Source: Armatimonadota bacterium
GTDB taxonomy: Bacteria; Armatimonadota; HRBIN16
DNA: 64,000 nucleotides
Direction: 5' to 3'
Assembly: GCA_963677485.1 (NCBI GenBank)
Contig: OY781964.1
Span: forward strand, 2,144,001 to 2,208,000
The notes under the pieces were generated by a model. That model had not been told where the DNA came from. It searched no databases and worked only from the letters and a program-made list of their open reading frames with translations. Position numbers and translations under genes: made by a program. Position 1 is the first letter of the stretch. Each line of letters opens with the position of its first letter. Shown piece after piece: positions 38,628 through 48,564 of this stretch.

Positions 38628-41453
38628 ATGGTATTACAATGGATCGTCATCGGAATTCTGGTCTGCCTGGGCAGCATATGCAATGCCAACGACTATGTGT
38701 GCGTGAAGCCGCCCACACAGCAGACGGGGGCTTGGACCTCCGCCATGTGGCATGTGGGTGGGGGCAAGCAGGTGCTGCAGCTCAACTCGTATGTGCAAGG
38801 CGAGTCGCGCACCGGTGTGCTGCGCAGCCGAGAGTTTATCTGCCCAGCAAAACTCAGCTTCCGGCTGGCGGGGCACAGCCACCGCAACGCGAACTTTGCG
38901 CGCTTGATTGATGTGGAGACCGGCAAAGTGCTGGCGGAACTGCCGTCACCAGGCCGTGATGAGGCGCTTCCGGTGAGCTGGGATCTCACCCAGTGGCAGG
39001 GCCGGCCGGTACGTATGGAGGTCACGGATGGCGATGATGGCCCATCATGGGCCTGGATATCCATCTGCGAGATGCAGCCGGAGCTGGTGCCGATGCCCAC
39101 CGTGGCTGGTAAGTTGCCAGACGGCTGGGAGGAGATTCCGCAGCCGATGCAGCGTAAAGTGGTGGAGGGGGTTCCCTTCATCAGCCGCTCGGTGCTTTGG
39201 AGCCCTGGACGCGAGGGCGACAGCCTGAAAATCCCCGCAGACGGGCTGCAAGCGGAATACCTCTATCTGCTGGGCGGTGGTTATACGCCGGACGAATCCC
39301 AGCCTGGCTGGGGTGGCAGCGACGACAAGATTTGCCATTTCGTAGGGGACCAAGTCGGGGAACTACGGATCAGCTATAAAGATGGTTCTGTGGACCGCGT
39401 GCCCCTGACCTTTGGCTTCAATGTGTGGTGGCGGGAGCCGTGGCGACGCTCGCCGGAGCCCTTCATCGGTGAGACGCCCCAGGCTCAGGCGATGCGCGAC
39501 TCGCTGTGCGTCTACAGCCCAGATTGGGACAAACCCTGGCTGATGCGGATAGGGCTGCGTCCAAAGGCGGTTCAGCAGATTGAGCTGGTGGATAACGCCA
39601 GCAAAACCGGTAATGTGAGCATCCAAGGCGTCAGCTTTGGCGGCTGTCGTGAGCTGTCCTCTGGAATGACTGCCCAGCCGGGCGAGCCGATGTCTGCCAC
39701 TTTCACCGAATGGCTGAAGACGCATACCATCGACGGCGCGAAGCCGATGTCTGCGGCCCGCAAGGCGGCTCTGAACAAGCTGAAAAGCTATTGTGACACC
39801 GACCCCAGCGACTTCACGGTCGCGGGGGTGAAGCGCACCATCGCCATAAACCCACCGATGGCCTTCATCGGCCCGAAACTGAGCTTTGACGGACCGGTGG
39901 CTGCTCTGGTGATGGGTCAGGTCTACGAAGAGAACAGTGCCGAACTGCTTAGCCGCATCGACCTTGACGGCATGGTGCATGAATCCAACAAAGAGGCCGA
40001 TAACTACGGCGCGTTCGGCGGTGTGACCCCGAAGCTTGGCCCGTTCTACACAGCGGCCTACACCCGCAACCGTGCAGCATTGCTGCTGGCGAATGTGGGT
40101 CTGCTGACGCCGGCCAACGCGGCGGTCAACTTCTGGGACAAGTGGCTGATGTATTTCCCGCAGTCCTACCCCGAGATTCAGATGGGCGGTAAACCGGTGC
40201 CGGGCCATGCCACGGTCATCGCGAACCAGCCGCACGTGTACTTCGACTCACTAAGCAAAGCGGGCTGGCCCACTGCCTTCAAAACACGCGACTACGGAAA
40301 CCCCGAGACCGATGGTCACGGCATACTGATGCTCAACCGGTATCGCGTGTGGGTGAAGGAAGGCCGTAGCCCAAAATGGACGCGCGACCACTGGGCAGCA
40401 CTGAAGGAAGCCGCGGAGTGGATTCCCTGGTGCCTCGATAACCCGGAGCTCTCGCTGAGTAAAAACGGGCTGCTTTACGCCGAAAGCGAAGGCGGCATGC
40501 AGACGACCACCATCTACTGTGACACCCCCAACTATTACGGCCTGCTGGCCTATGCCGAGATGGCGGACAGCATCGGTGAGCAGGCGATGGCCAGCAGATG
40601 GCGTCTGACCGCTGCGCGCTTGAAGCGCGCGATTGAGGCCTACTACCCGGCCTCCGCGAAGCCGTTTGGCGACACCTGGCAGCCCGGCGAGCGGCTGTGG
40701 GGCTCTGGCGATGCGAACAACGCGCCGCTGCTGTTTGCCGCTGACCTCTACGGCTACGATGCCGCGAGCGCCATGGACCCTAAATGGTTGAAGATCAGTC
40801 AGAACACCCATCGGCTGCAGATGTCCCGCAAGACTCCAGCCGGCTGCTCCCCCACCGGCTTCGGATACGGGCAGGGTTACGCCACCGAATCGGCATTGCT
40901 GCTGGATGAGATGGATGATTCCGCATTGCTGCTGGAGTGGATGGCCAAGCTCTGTTATGCACCACGGCAGAAGAACCCCTTCCGTGTGCCGGAGGGTGCC
41001 ACCGTGAAGACGGACGGCTCCACTTGGCGGCGATGGGGTGACCTGGGCAACCTGTTCCAGATGAACGAAGCGGTGTATACCTGTCAACTTCTGGCCGGGG
41101 TGGATGACACCTCACCGGACGAGTTGAAGCTGATGCCGCGCATCCCCACCGGTTGGAGCGGCGTGGAGCTCTCCGACTGGCCAGCGGCCGTGAAGAGCGG
41201 CGGTCAGATGCAGATGGTGAAGCTATCGATGAGCGTGAAATGCGATGCCAGCGGTCCTGTATCGGTCACGCTGAAATCCAGCTCACCCGTTGATAAAGTG
41301 GCTGTCCGCGTGGGGCCATATGCCAGCAGCGACGCGGCTGACCGCATGGCGGTTAAGATGCAGTCGCAGGGCTGGGCCGTCAGCCAAGTCACCAGCGGTC
41401 AGACTAAAGGCAAACCCGCCATTTGGTTGTGGCTGAAGGGGAGTATTCGGTAG
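38628..41453 (+). CDS. Large secreted protein, probable (alpha/alpha)6 glycosidase-like; paralog of 30200-33436
   Basis: Signal peptide; one beta module; YTRN, ETDGH, ESEGG, GYGQG, VPEG, GDLGN. Confidence 0.6.
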   Translation: MVLQWIVIGILVCLGSICNANDYVCVKPPTQQTGAWTSAMWHVGGGKQVLQLNSYVQGESRTGVLRSREFICPAKLSFRLAGHSHRNANFARLIDVETGKVLAELPSPGRDEALPVSWDLTQWQGRPVRMEVTDGDDGPSWAWISICEMQPELVPMPTVAGKLPDGWEEIPQPMQRKVVEGVPFISRSVLWSPGREGDSLKIPADGLQAEYLYLLGGGYTPDESQPGWGGSDDKICHFVGDQVGELRISYKDGSVDRVPLTFGFNVWWREPWRRSPEPFIGETPQAQAMRDSLCVYSPDWDKPWLMRIGLRPKAVQQIELVDNASKTGNVSIQGVSFGGCRELSSGMTAQPGEPMSATFTEWLKTHTIDGAKPMSAARKAALNKLKSYCDTDPSDFTVAGVKRTIAINPPMAFIGPKLSFDGPVAALVMGQVYEENSAELLSRIDLDGMVHESNKEADNYGAFGGVTPKLGPFYTAAYTRNRAALLLANVGLLTPANAAVNFWDKWLMYFPQSYPEIQMGGKPVPGHATVIANQPHVYFDSLSKAGWPTAFKTRDYGNPETDGHGILMLNRYRVWVKEGRSPKWTRDHWAALKEAAEWIPWCLDNPELSLSKNGLLYAESEGGMQTTTIYCDTPNYYGLLAYAEMADSIGEQAMASRWRLTAARLKRAIEAYYPASAKPFGDTWQPGERLWGSGDANNAPLLFAADLYGYDAASAMDPKWLKISQNTHRLQMSRKTPAGCSPTGFGYGQGYATESALLLDEMDDSALLLEWMAKLCYAPRQKNPFRVPEGATVKTDGSTWRRWGDLGNLFQMNEAVYTCQLLAGVDDTSPDELKLMPRIPTGWSGVELSDWPAAVKSGGQMQMVKLSMSVKCDASGPVSVTLKSSSPVDKVAVRVGPYASSDAADRMAVKMQSQGWAVSQVTSGQTKGKPAIWLWLKGSIR

Positions 41454-41461
41454 CGCTCGCT

Positions 41462-41491
41462 TTCATGGGCGGTCGGTTGACCGCCCATGAA
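41462..41491. terminator. Perfect hairpin between convergent genes
   Basis: TTCATGGGCGGTC-GGTT-GACCGCCCATGAA, a 13-bp stem. Confidence 0.6.
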
Positions 41492-41505
41492 CAGCCACTT
41501 GCGAG

Positions 41506-41724
41506 GCGGTCTGGATTGCCTATGTCCGGGGCGGTCTGACAGTAAGCTAGCGGCAACAGAAGTCTATCGACCGCGCCGGTCTGGCGGATAGCCATAAGTC
41601 TATCGTCACGACGAGATTAAGACCGGCGCGGTTAGGGAAAACCGCCCCGGACTGTGGCAATTGTCGCCGGTCTGGCGGATAGCCTAAAGTCTATCGTCAC
41701 GACGGGATCAAAACCGCCCGGACA
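41506..41724 (-). repeat. Solo dispersed copy of the RAYT-associated repeat unit
   Basis: ATTGCCTATGTCCGGGGCGGTCTG...ACCGCGCCGGTCT...AGACCGGCGCGGTTAG...ACCGCCCCGGACTGTGGCAAT (41515-41661), plus a partial copy. Confidence 0.9.
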
Positions 41725-41736
41725 TTCGAAATGACC

Positions 41737-42537
41737 CTACTTCCGCCCGTTGGTGACCCGTGCCAGCCAGCCCTCCGCGGCGGACGGCCATACGTCGCAG
41801 CTTTTGCCTTGTTTGCGCTGACCGTACCCGTGGCCGCCATCGGGGTAGAGGTGCATCTCCACCGGCACGCCGGCAGCCTTCAGCGCGATGTAGTAGGTCA
41901 GGCTGCTGTCAATCAGCGGTACATCGTCCTCGGCCTGTATCAACAGCGTGGGCGGGGTGTCGGCGGTCACCGGCAGGCCCGACGCCATCACTTTGAAATC
42001 ATCTGTGCTGAGGTAGGCGGGGTAGATGATCATGGCGAAATTCGGCCGGCTGGACAGCGCATCCGCCTCATCGATGGGCGCATAGAAGCGGCTACCGAAG
42101 TTGGTGCTGGTGCGCACGGAGAGGTGCGATCCCGCAGAAAAGCCGATGATGCCCAGCATCTTCGGGTCGATGTTCCACTCGGAGGCGTTCTGGCGGATCA
42201 ACCCCATCGCCCGCTGAGCGTCGCAGAGGGCCGCGTCGCGCATCTTGGGCACGCGGTATTTCAAGATGAACGCCGAAACGCCTTGATCGTTCAGCCACTC
42301 CGCGATCTCGATACCCTCATGGGTCCAGGCCAGGAACTCATACGCGCCGCCCGGGCAGATCAGCACCGCGGGGTTGGGCTTGCCCGTGTCAGGCACCAGG
42401 TAGGGTGTGATGCTGGGCACCGTCACGCCGCTCAGCAACTGCATATCGTTGCCATGCGTGCTCCATTGCTCCTCCGCGAGCGGGGTTTCGATGGGCATCT
42501 GGCCTTCAGGCCACAGGTTGATTTGGTTCATATCCAT
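41737..42537 (-). CDS. Alpha/beta hydrolase (carbohydrate esterase-like)
   Basis: CPGGAY, GFSAG nucleophile elbow, AEDD, GGHGYG. Confidence 0.9.
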   Translation of the reverse strand: MDMNQINLWPEGQMPIETPLAEEQWSTHGNDMQLLSGVTVPSITPYLVPDTGKPNPAVLICPGGAYEFLAWTHEGIEIAEWLNDQGVSAFILKYRVPKMRDAALCDAQRAMGLIRQNASEWNIDPKMLGIIGFSAGSHLSVRTSTNFGSRFYAPIDEADALSSRPNFAMIIYPAYLSTDDFKVMASGLPVTADTPPTLLIQAEDDVPLIDSSLTYYIALKAAGVPVEMHLYPDGGHGYGQRKQGKSCDVWPSAAEGWLARVTNGRK

Positions 42538-42595
42538 TATTGGTTACCTCCAATTTTAGTCAACATCGGTACCATAGCCCAAAACCCGCCGCACG

Positions 42596-45500
42596 TCAAC
42601 GAGCAGGGCCAACCGTCTTTGTGGCGTGGAGCTGCTGCTGGTAGTGCCTGGCGACCTCGCCATCTGTAAGCGCATACGGAAAGATGCGCAACCCAGCCAT
42701 GTAGCCGTTCACGGTCCAGGCGTCACCCTCTTGATCATAACGGCCCAGATACAGCGGCCGCGAGCAAGGTGTGATCTCACCATTGGCGGGCAGGGCACCC
42801 GCGCGTTGGCCGTTGATGTAGACCACCATCTTGGAGCCTTCATAGGTGGCGGCTATCTGTGTCCAGCGGCCGACTTCAATCCCGCCCGTGTCCAGCGTGC
42901 CCACACCGGCCAGGTAGAACCTGACACGCCCTGCCAGCAACTGCACGAAGTAGCCATCCATGCTCCACGCCCCGTGGCACACGAAAACCGGCATGTCGCC
43001 GGGGCTGCTGAGCTTCACCCAGAACTCGATGCCGATGTCCTCTCGGGCGTTAAAGGCATCGAGATGCGGAAGCTGCGCGAAACTGCCTTTATCGACCCGC
43101 ATGGCTGGAAACCCGTCCTCGGTGACTGTGTTCGGGACCTTTACCGCATCGGTGCCGTTAAAATCCAAGCTCACGATGGGTTTGGCATTGAGCGGCATCG
43201 CCGCGGTAAGGGTAGGTAGTGAAGCCGGTCCCTCTTTGCCATTCAATGAAAGGGCACGGAGCTGATAGTAGTATGCCTTGCCCGGATCGGCTTGAACCAC
43301 ACAACGGCTGCCCGATCCGGTGAAATCCACTATTTCAAACACGCCATCGGCTTTTTCTGCCCGGTAGACGTGGTACCCGCCGACCTCGTCTCCGCCGTTA
43401 GCTGTTTGCAACCGAACACGGCCCGGTAGCGGCACCGTAGTGAGCTCGGGGGCAGCGGGAATCGGCGGTTCAGGTATCGTTACGGCATCCGACTGAGCGA
43501 TGACGGCTCCCGTGAGCACATCCTGCACGCGGTAAATGTAGCTGCTGCCCACCTGCACGCCTCGGTCTTCATACCAGTTATCGACAGTGCTGCCGACCTC
43601 AGCCCACGTGGTCTCGCCGCTCATCTGGCGTGTCAGACGAAACGCCTTGAGCCCTGTGATGTCTGGCCAACTCAACGTCACCGCCATCGGACCAATTACA
43701 TAGTTGGCTTTTGCGATCTTGCCGATTTTGGGATCTGGAGCGGGCTTCACGGCTATGCCAGGACTGCCAATGCCGCGCACCACACTTAAGTGCTGCACGG
43801 ATTTCGGGGCCTCTTTGGGCCAACTCACGGTCTGGTTGCCGTCGGTCACGCGGAGGTAGTAGTCCAGCACGTCTCCTTTGACACCTGCAGCGGGGATTTC
43901 ACCCTCAATTCGTGCGGTGTTCACAAGCTTCAGAGGTGAACTGGCGTAGGTGCCATTGTTTCTCTTGTAAAATACCTCCGCCTTTGCTGCCGATGAGGCA
44001 CCATCAACGACCGCCGAAATCCGGAACGGCTGACCAGCCAGCGCAGTGCTCAGCGGTAGGATGGACCTCACCGCGAGCGGTAGTTTTGCGATCACCGGGG
44101 GTTGAGGCGTCTGAGAGGTCACCTGCTGGACCGCTTCTCGGGTGGCTCGGATGTCCGCCACAGCTTTGGTGTTGATGGTGGCCAGCACCCCGAGTTCCCC
44201 ACGGTTGGACATGCGTGAGGCGTAAGCCAGAATGCCATTGCCGAGTATAGTGTCCGCATCAGCGAGTGCGTTGGTCAGCATCTCACGCTCTTGGGCGGTG
44301 GCGGCTCGTTTCTCCGCCTTGATGCGATCCAGCGTGGTGCGAATCTCGCCGCCCATATGCAGAAGCCGCGATGTTCCGTCAAACGCGATGGACCAGTCAT
44401 AGGTGGCTTTCAGATAATCCAGAGCCTCGCTTGAGCGGAGTTTACCTGTGTTGAATACCTCTTTCAGTCGTTCGACATTCTGAAGAGGTGCCGGCACCCA
44501 CGTGAAATTGGCGCACTCGTTCTGTCCACCAGCACCCAGCCAGCGATAACCCAGCTCCTGCAGTGACATCAGCAGCTTGGCCGCGCGCTCATCGCCGAAG
44601 CGCCGCTGCGCGTAACCACGGTAGAAGCCCTCATAGCTCAAGTTGGCGTCCCAGGCATATTGCGAAATATAGGCTTGCGATTCCTCCATGTCGCGGGTCC
44701 GCCAGTGGATCCCCAGCAGCCCCTTGGTGCCTTTTTTTACGGAATCTCTGGCATTGTTGAAGAAATGCTTGGTGTTGGGTTGAGGCATCCACTGGTCACC
44801 GTCGTATTCGAACCAGGGAATGGGCCAGAACTCGCGATCTTTCGACAGTTTACCGTAGGCCTCGCTCACCGTGTCGGAGGTGATGATGTTGTCCAGTGCT
44901 GAGAACACGATATCCTTGGGAAGTATCTTGTCTAGTCCCGGGTAGAAGTCGCTGAAGTGCAGGTGATTGTCCCCACCCCATCCGCTGAGCACCATGCGCA
45001 CTTTGGGTGCCTCACTCTGCAGTATCCGATGCGCCGCCAGTGCGTATATGCCCATCCTGACCGCTTCGGTCTTGCGCTTTGAGTCGGTGATATCGGCGAA
45101 GTGATCCTGCCACCGGCGGTAGTAAGCCCCAAAGTCGCTGCGTGAGGGATGCTGCAGTGAGCCGGTCAGACCCATCGCTTCGGGCTCCCATATCCATACG
45201 TAGTCCAGCATGGGATAGGTGCGGATCAGTTCTTTGAGCCGAAGCTCCAGATTGTCTATCTCTCCCGGCGCGGTCGGGTCTCCGGAGACCTCGAACCCAA
45301 CGCAGGTTCTCACGCCCCTGGCCTTCGCATACCACAGCGCATCGACCAGCAGCTTCTTGGCATCAGCGATGCCTTGCTCAGGTGTTTTAGTGTCTATCGA
45401 GCAATCCGCACCGAAGTAGCCTTTGGCGAAATAGCCACTGGTGCCGTAGCCGAATTCGCTGGTTTTCATCGGCGATGTACCCCAGGTGGGCTGCGCGGTC

Positions 45501-46162
45501 GATATCAGCGGTGCTCCGGCTACGGTGTGCCCGTCCTTCGAGGTGTAGGTGCAGAAGGGCTCCGAATCGTAGCTATGGAATCCGAGGAAGTTGTTCTTAG
45601 ACTTCGCAAGCTGGTCGATGAAAAACCGATAGTCCTTCGCGTTCCAAGCCGTGGGGCTATCGAAAAAGTTATACCACGGCAGCACCCCGCGGACTTCCAG
45701 TATCGGCTTGTTCGCCACATCCATAGTCGGCAGTGCAAATGGCCTCTTCGTCACAGGCAGCGCATCGCCGCCCAGGTAAAATCCTGCGCCAAAACGCTCC
45801 GCCAGAGAGTAGAGCGCGTATGTGGTGGCGACTGGGGTCGCCCCCGTTGCGATGAGCATGGTCTTGCGGCCTTCATTGAAGCTCTTCAGCACGTACCCTT
45901 GATCTCCGAGGGTGCGGACCGACAGGTCTACCTTCACTCCAGGCGCAAAGCCCACGGCGATCACATTAGTGTCGCTGCTGCTGATCGCTCTGATGGGTAG
46001 AAGGCTGCCTGTGGCGGCATAGATCACCCGCTGCAAATCCGCGGCCGCGGCACGCTCCATCCACACCGCTCTTGGCCTCAGAGCGATGCAGTCCGCCGAA
46101 ACAGTTGCCGTAAACACGAATAGAACCCACACAGCAAGAAATAGTCGAAGACGCATCGTCAC
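42596..46162 (-). CDS. Large secreted multidomain glycoside hydrolase-like protein (GH67/GH20-N-like domain, TIM barrel, FN3, LamG)
   Basis: Signal peptide; LGDQGYVL...YALYSLAE, RGVLPWYNF, GIHWRTR; FN3-like segments; C-terminal WTQIAATYEG...YING...LRIFPYAL (LamG). Confidence 0.65.
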   Translation of the reverse strand: MTMRLRLFLAVWVLFVFTATVSADCIALRPRAVWMERAAAADLQRVIYAATGSLLPIRAISSSDTNVIAVGFAPGVKVDLSVRTLGDQGYVLKSFNEGRKTMLIATGATPVATTYALYSLAERFGAGFYLGGDALPVTKRPFALPTMDVANKPILEVRGVLPWYNFFDSPTAWNAKDYRFFIDQLAKSKNNFLGFHSYDSEPFCTYTSKDGHTVAGAPLISTAQPTWGTSPMKTSEFGYGTSGYFAKGYFGADCSIDTKTPEQGIADAKKLLVDALWYAKARGVRTCVGFEVSGDPTAPGEIDNLELRLKELIRTYPMLDYVWIWEPEAMGLTGSLQHPSRSDFGAYYRRWQDHFADITDSKRKTEAVRMGIYALAAHRILQSEAPKVRMVLSGWGGDNHLHFSDFYPGLDKILPKDIVFSALDNIITSDTVSEAYGKLSKDREFWPIPWFEYDGDQWMPQPNTKHFFNNARDSVKKGTKGLLGIHWRTRDMEESQAYISQYAWDANLSYEGFYRGYAQRRFGDERAAKLLMSLQELGYRWLGAGGQNECANFTWVPAPLQNVERLKEVFNTGKLRSSEALDYLKATYDWSIAFDGTSRLLHMGGEIRTTLDRIKAEKRAATAQEREMLTNALADADTILGNGILAYASRMSNRGELGVLATINTKAVADIRATREAVQQVTSQTPQPPVIAKLPLAVRSILPLSTALAGQPFRISAVVDGASSAAKAEVFYKRNNGTYASSPLKLVNTARIEGEIPAAGVKGDVLDYYLRVTDGNQTVSWPKEAPKSVQHLSVVRGIGSPGIAVKPAPDPKIGKIAKANYVIGPMAVTLSWPDITGLKAFRLTRQMSGETTWAEVGSTVDNWYEDRGVQVGSSYIYRVQDVLTGAVIAQSDAVTIPEPPIPAAPELTTVPLPGRVRLQTANGGDEVGGYHVYRAEKADGVFEIVDFTGSGSRCVVQADPGKAYYYQLRALSLNGKEGPASLPTLTAAMPLNAKPIVSLDFNGTDAVKVPNTVTEDGFPAMRVDKGSFAQLPHLDAFNAREDIGIEFWVKLSSPGDMPVFVCHGAWSMDGYFVQLLAGRVRFYLAGVGTLDTGGIEVGRWTQIAATYEGSKMVVYINGQRAGALPANGEITPCSRPLYLGRYDQEGDAWTVNGYMAGLRIFPYALTDGEVARHYQQQLHATKTVGPAR

Positions 46163-46227
46163 ACCTCACCGGACCGGCAATGAATAGGTTAATTCTACCA
46201 CGTACCAATGAGCCATCACATTACACA

Positions 46228-46256
46228 TTGACAAAGCACCAAAACATGCATAACAT
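46228..46256 (+). promoter_or_regulatory. Sigma70-type promoter candidate
   Basis: TTGACA-17 nt-TAACAT in the divergent intergenic region upstream of 46322. Confidence 0.55.
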
Positions 46257-46321
46257 TCAGATAAGGCGGAGCTCAATCCGAATAAATACACAGGTATGAC
46301 ACAACACGAGGTGCGCGAACG

Positions 46322-48520
46322 GTGAGGAGATCGAACATGCTATATATGGTATTACTGGTAATAATGCTGGCCGCAGGCTCAACGGCATTCGCAACCCCAA
46401 ACGTGCGTCGGCTGGAGGTGATCCCGGAGCCCCGCGAGGTGGTTTACCAGGGCGAGCCTTTCGCGTATCAAAAGGCGATGGAAATCCGTGTATCCGACAC
46501 GAAGCCCGACCTTTTTGCCGCCGATCTGCTGATCAAGGAGCTGCGTGATCTCGGTGTCACGCCCTCCCTGAACCTGCTACCCGCCGGCAGCACACATACC
46601 TTAACTGTGACGGCATCCGAGCTTCTACCCGCTATCCCGCCCTCCGTATCGCCGGAGCAAGCCGCGGAAGGATACAACCTGCTGGTGGAGGGGCGTGGGA
46701 TTAACCTGACCGCCCGCAGCGAGGCGGGGCTGTTCTACGGCGTGCAGACCATCATCCAACTGCTGCAGCAGGCGGGCCGAGAGCGTGGTGACATCCCCGG
46801 TATGGTGATTCGCGACTGGCCGGAGTTCGAGTTCCGCAGTGCCTCATATATCGAAGGCTCGCAGGCCAAGAGCTCGGTGCTTGTCAGCAAGGCGGAGCTG
46901 GAGCTGACCATCCAGCGGCTGGCCATGTACAAAATGAACTACCTGGTGGTGGAGATATACAACCTGGCACCGCTGACCTCATTCCCAGGATGCGCCAACG
47001 CCAACACGCTTTCGCGCGCCGACTGGAAGGCGCTGGTGGAGGTCGGCCGACGCTACCACGTGATCATCGTGCCCAGCATGATGTCGTTTGGCCAGATGTC
47101 GGATATCATCTGGAACTGCGATGAGGGCATTCCATACCGGGAATCCACATGTCCAGGGCTGCTTTGCCCCAGCCGGCCAGAAAACATCGAGTTCCTGAAG
47201 GGGCTGTATAAGGACCTGCTGGAAATCTTCCCCAACACACCCTATCTGGGCATCGGCTGCAGCGAGGTGTGGATGCAGTGGAACAAGAATTACTGCCCGA
47301 AATGCCAGGCGCGCATCGACGCGGGCGAGACCGAGTGGGACCTCTACACGAAGCATGTTCAAAAATGCGCCGAGGGCGTCTCCGCGGTGGCGAAGCAGAT
47401 GAACCGCGACGTCCGCCCGTTGATGTGGGCCGATGAGTTCTATATGTATAACTCGCGGCCGCGCTACGAGGGTCTGGAGATAATGCCGAAGCAGATGGTG
47501 ATGGGGCACTGGCAGTATTTCGACAAATACTGGGTGCTGGATAACCGCCATTATGACGGCATCGAGGGACTGGCTTCGCGTGGATTCGATGTGATGTGGG
47601 TCTCCGCCTGCTGGCCATCGAACACATTCCTGGTGGACCTGTCACCAGAAGAGCCTACTGCCGACGAGGGGAAATTCCCGTTGATCGTGGATTCGGGCGT
47701 GTTGAACATCGTGGACCAGGCCCGTTATGCCTACGAATACAGGACCAAGGGTCTGCCCGGCAAGGTGCTTGGAGGGGTATGTGCCACCTTCTCGCAGCAC
47801 GACATCCGCTGCTGGGACACCACCTGGCTGGGGTATGCGCTGCAGGGAGACTACACCTGGGGTGACCCCACGCGGCCTTGGGCTAAACGCAAGAACGACT
47901 TTGTGCATGACTACGCGGCCACTTTCTACGGCCCACGGGATGCGAAATCGGCTGATCTGATCGCACAGGCGTTCCTGGAGATTGACGCCGCGAAGTCCGA
48001 TATTGAGCGCAACCACTACCTCATCCGCGACATCATCGGTGAGTACGATGCGGCAGACGCCAGCTATACGGGCAACTCGCTGGAGCAGTCGGGTAAGCTG
48101 ATCCGCGAGCTGATGGCGGCACCGGCTGCGAAGGGCAAGAGTGTGGCGGACATCCGCGCCCGCGCAGAAAAGGCGCGCCTCATCGCCATCAAGTGGCGCG
48201 GGACGCTCGCCGCCTTGGACGACAGTGTGAGCAACACCAGCAGTCTGGGGTATCTTCAGATGGCTGCGCACAAGATGCTCAACCACACTGAGCGCACTAT
48301 ATTGCTGCTGGATATCGAGGCGGCACTGGCCGCTCACGGCGGGAAGCCCAGCCTCGCCTCGCTGCAAAGTCGGCTGGCAGCTCTTACCGATGACACCCGA
48401 ATGATACTGGATGAGATGCGCAAACTGACCTGGTTCACGGATGACTACGCCACCGGGTATTACCTGGTCATGGACCAATTGGATGGGCTTCAGAAGCGGC
48501 TGGCTGAAGCGTCGAAGTAA
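46322..48520 (+). CDS. GH20-like protein with atypical active-site motif
   Basis: IPEPRE, EGYNL, GLFYGVQT, IRDWPEF, YKMN, LCPS, MWAD. Start may be ATG 46337. Confidence 0.75.
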   Translation: MRRSNMLYMVLLVIMLAAGSTAFATPNVRRLEVIPEPREVVYQGEPFAYQKAMEIRVSDTKPDLFAADLLIKELRDLGVTPSLNLLPAGSTHTLTVTASELLPAIPPSVSPEQAAEGYNLLVEGRGINLTARSEAGLFYGVQTIIQLLQQAGRERGDIPGMVIRDWPEFEFRSASYIEGSQAKSSVLVSKAELELTIQRLAMYKMNYLVVEIYNLAPLTSFPGCANANTLSRADWKALVEVGRRYHVIIVPSMMSFGQMSDIIWNCDEGIPYRESTCPGLLCPSRPENIEFLKGLYKDLLEIFPNTPYLGIGCSEVWMQWNKNYCPKCQARIDAGETEWDLYTKHVQKCAEGVSAVAKQMNRDVRPLMWADEFYMYNSRPRYEGLEIMPKQMVMGHWQYFDKYWVLDNRHYDGIEGLASRGFDVMWVSACWPSNTFLVDLSPEEPTADEGKFPLIVDSGVLNIVDQARYAYEYRTKGLPGKVLGGVCATFSQHDIRCWDTTWLGYALQGDYTWGDPTRPWAKRKNDFVHDYAATFYGPRDAKSADLIAQAFLEIDAAKSDIERNHYLIRDIIGEYDAADASYTGNSLEQSGKLIRELMAAPAAKGKSVADIRARAEKARLIAIKWRGTLAALDDSVSNTSSLGYLQMAAHKMLNHTERTILLLDIEAALAAHGGKPSLASLQSRLAALTDDTRMILDEMRKLTWFTDDYATGYYLVMDQLDGLQKRLAEASK

Positions 48521-48564
48521 CCTTGGTTGCCCCATCGCTGCGACTGTGGTGGGGCTTCCGTGCA

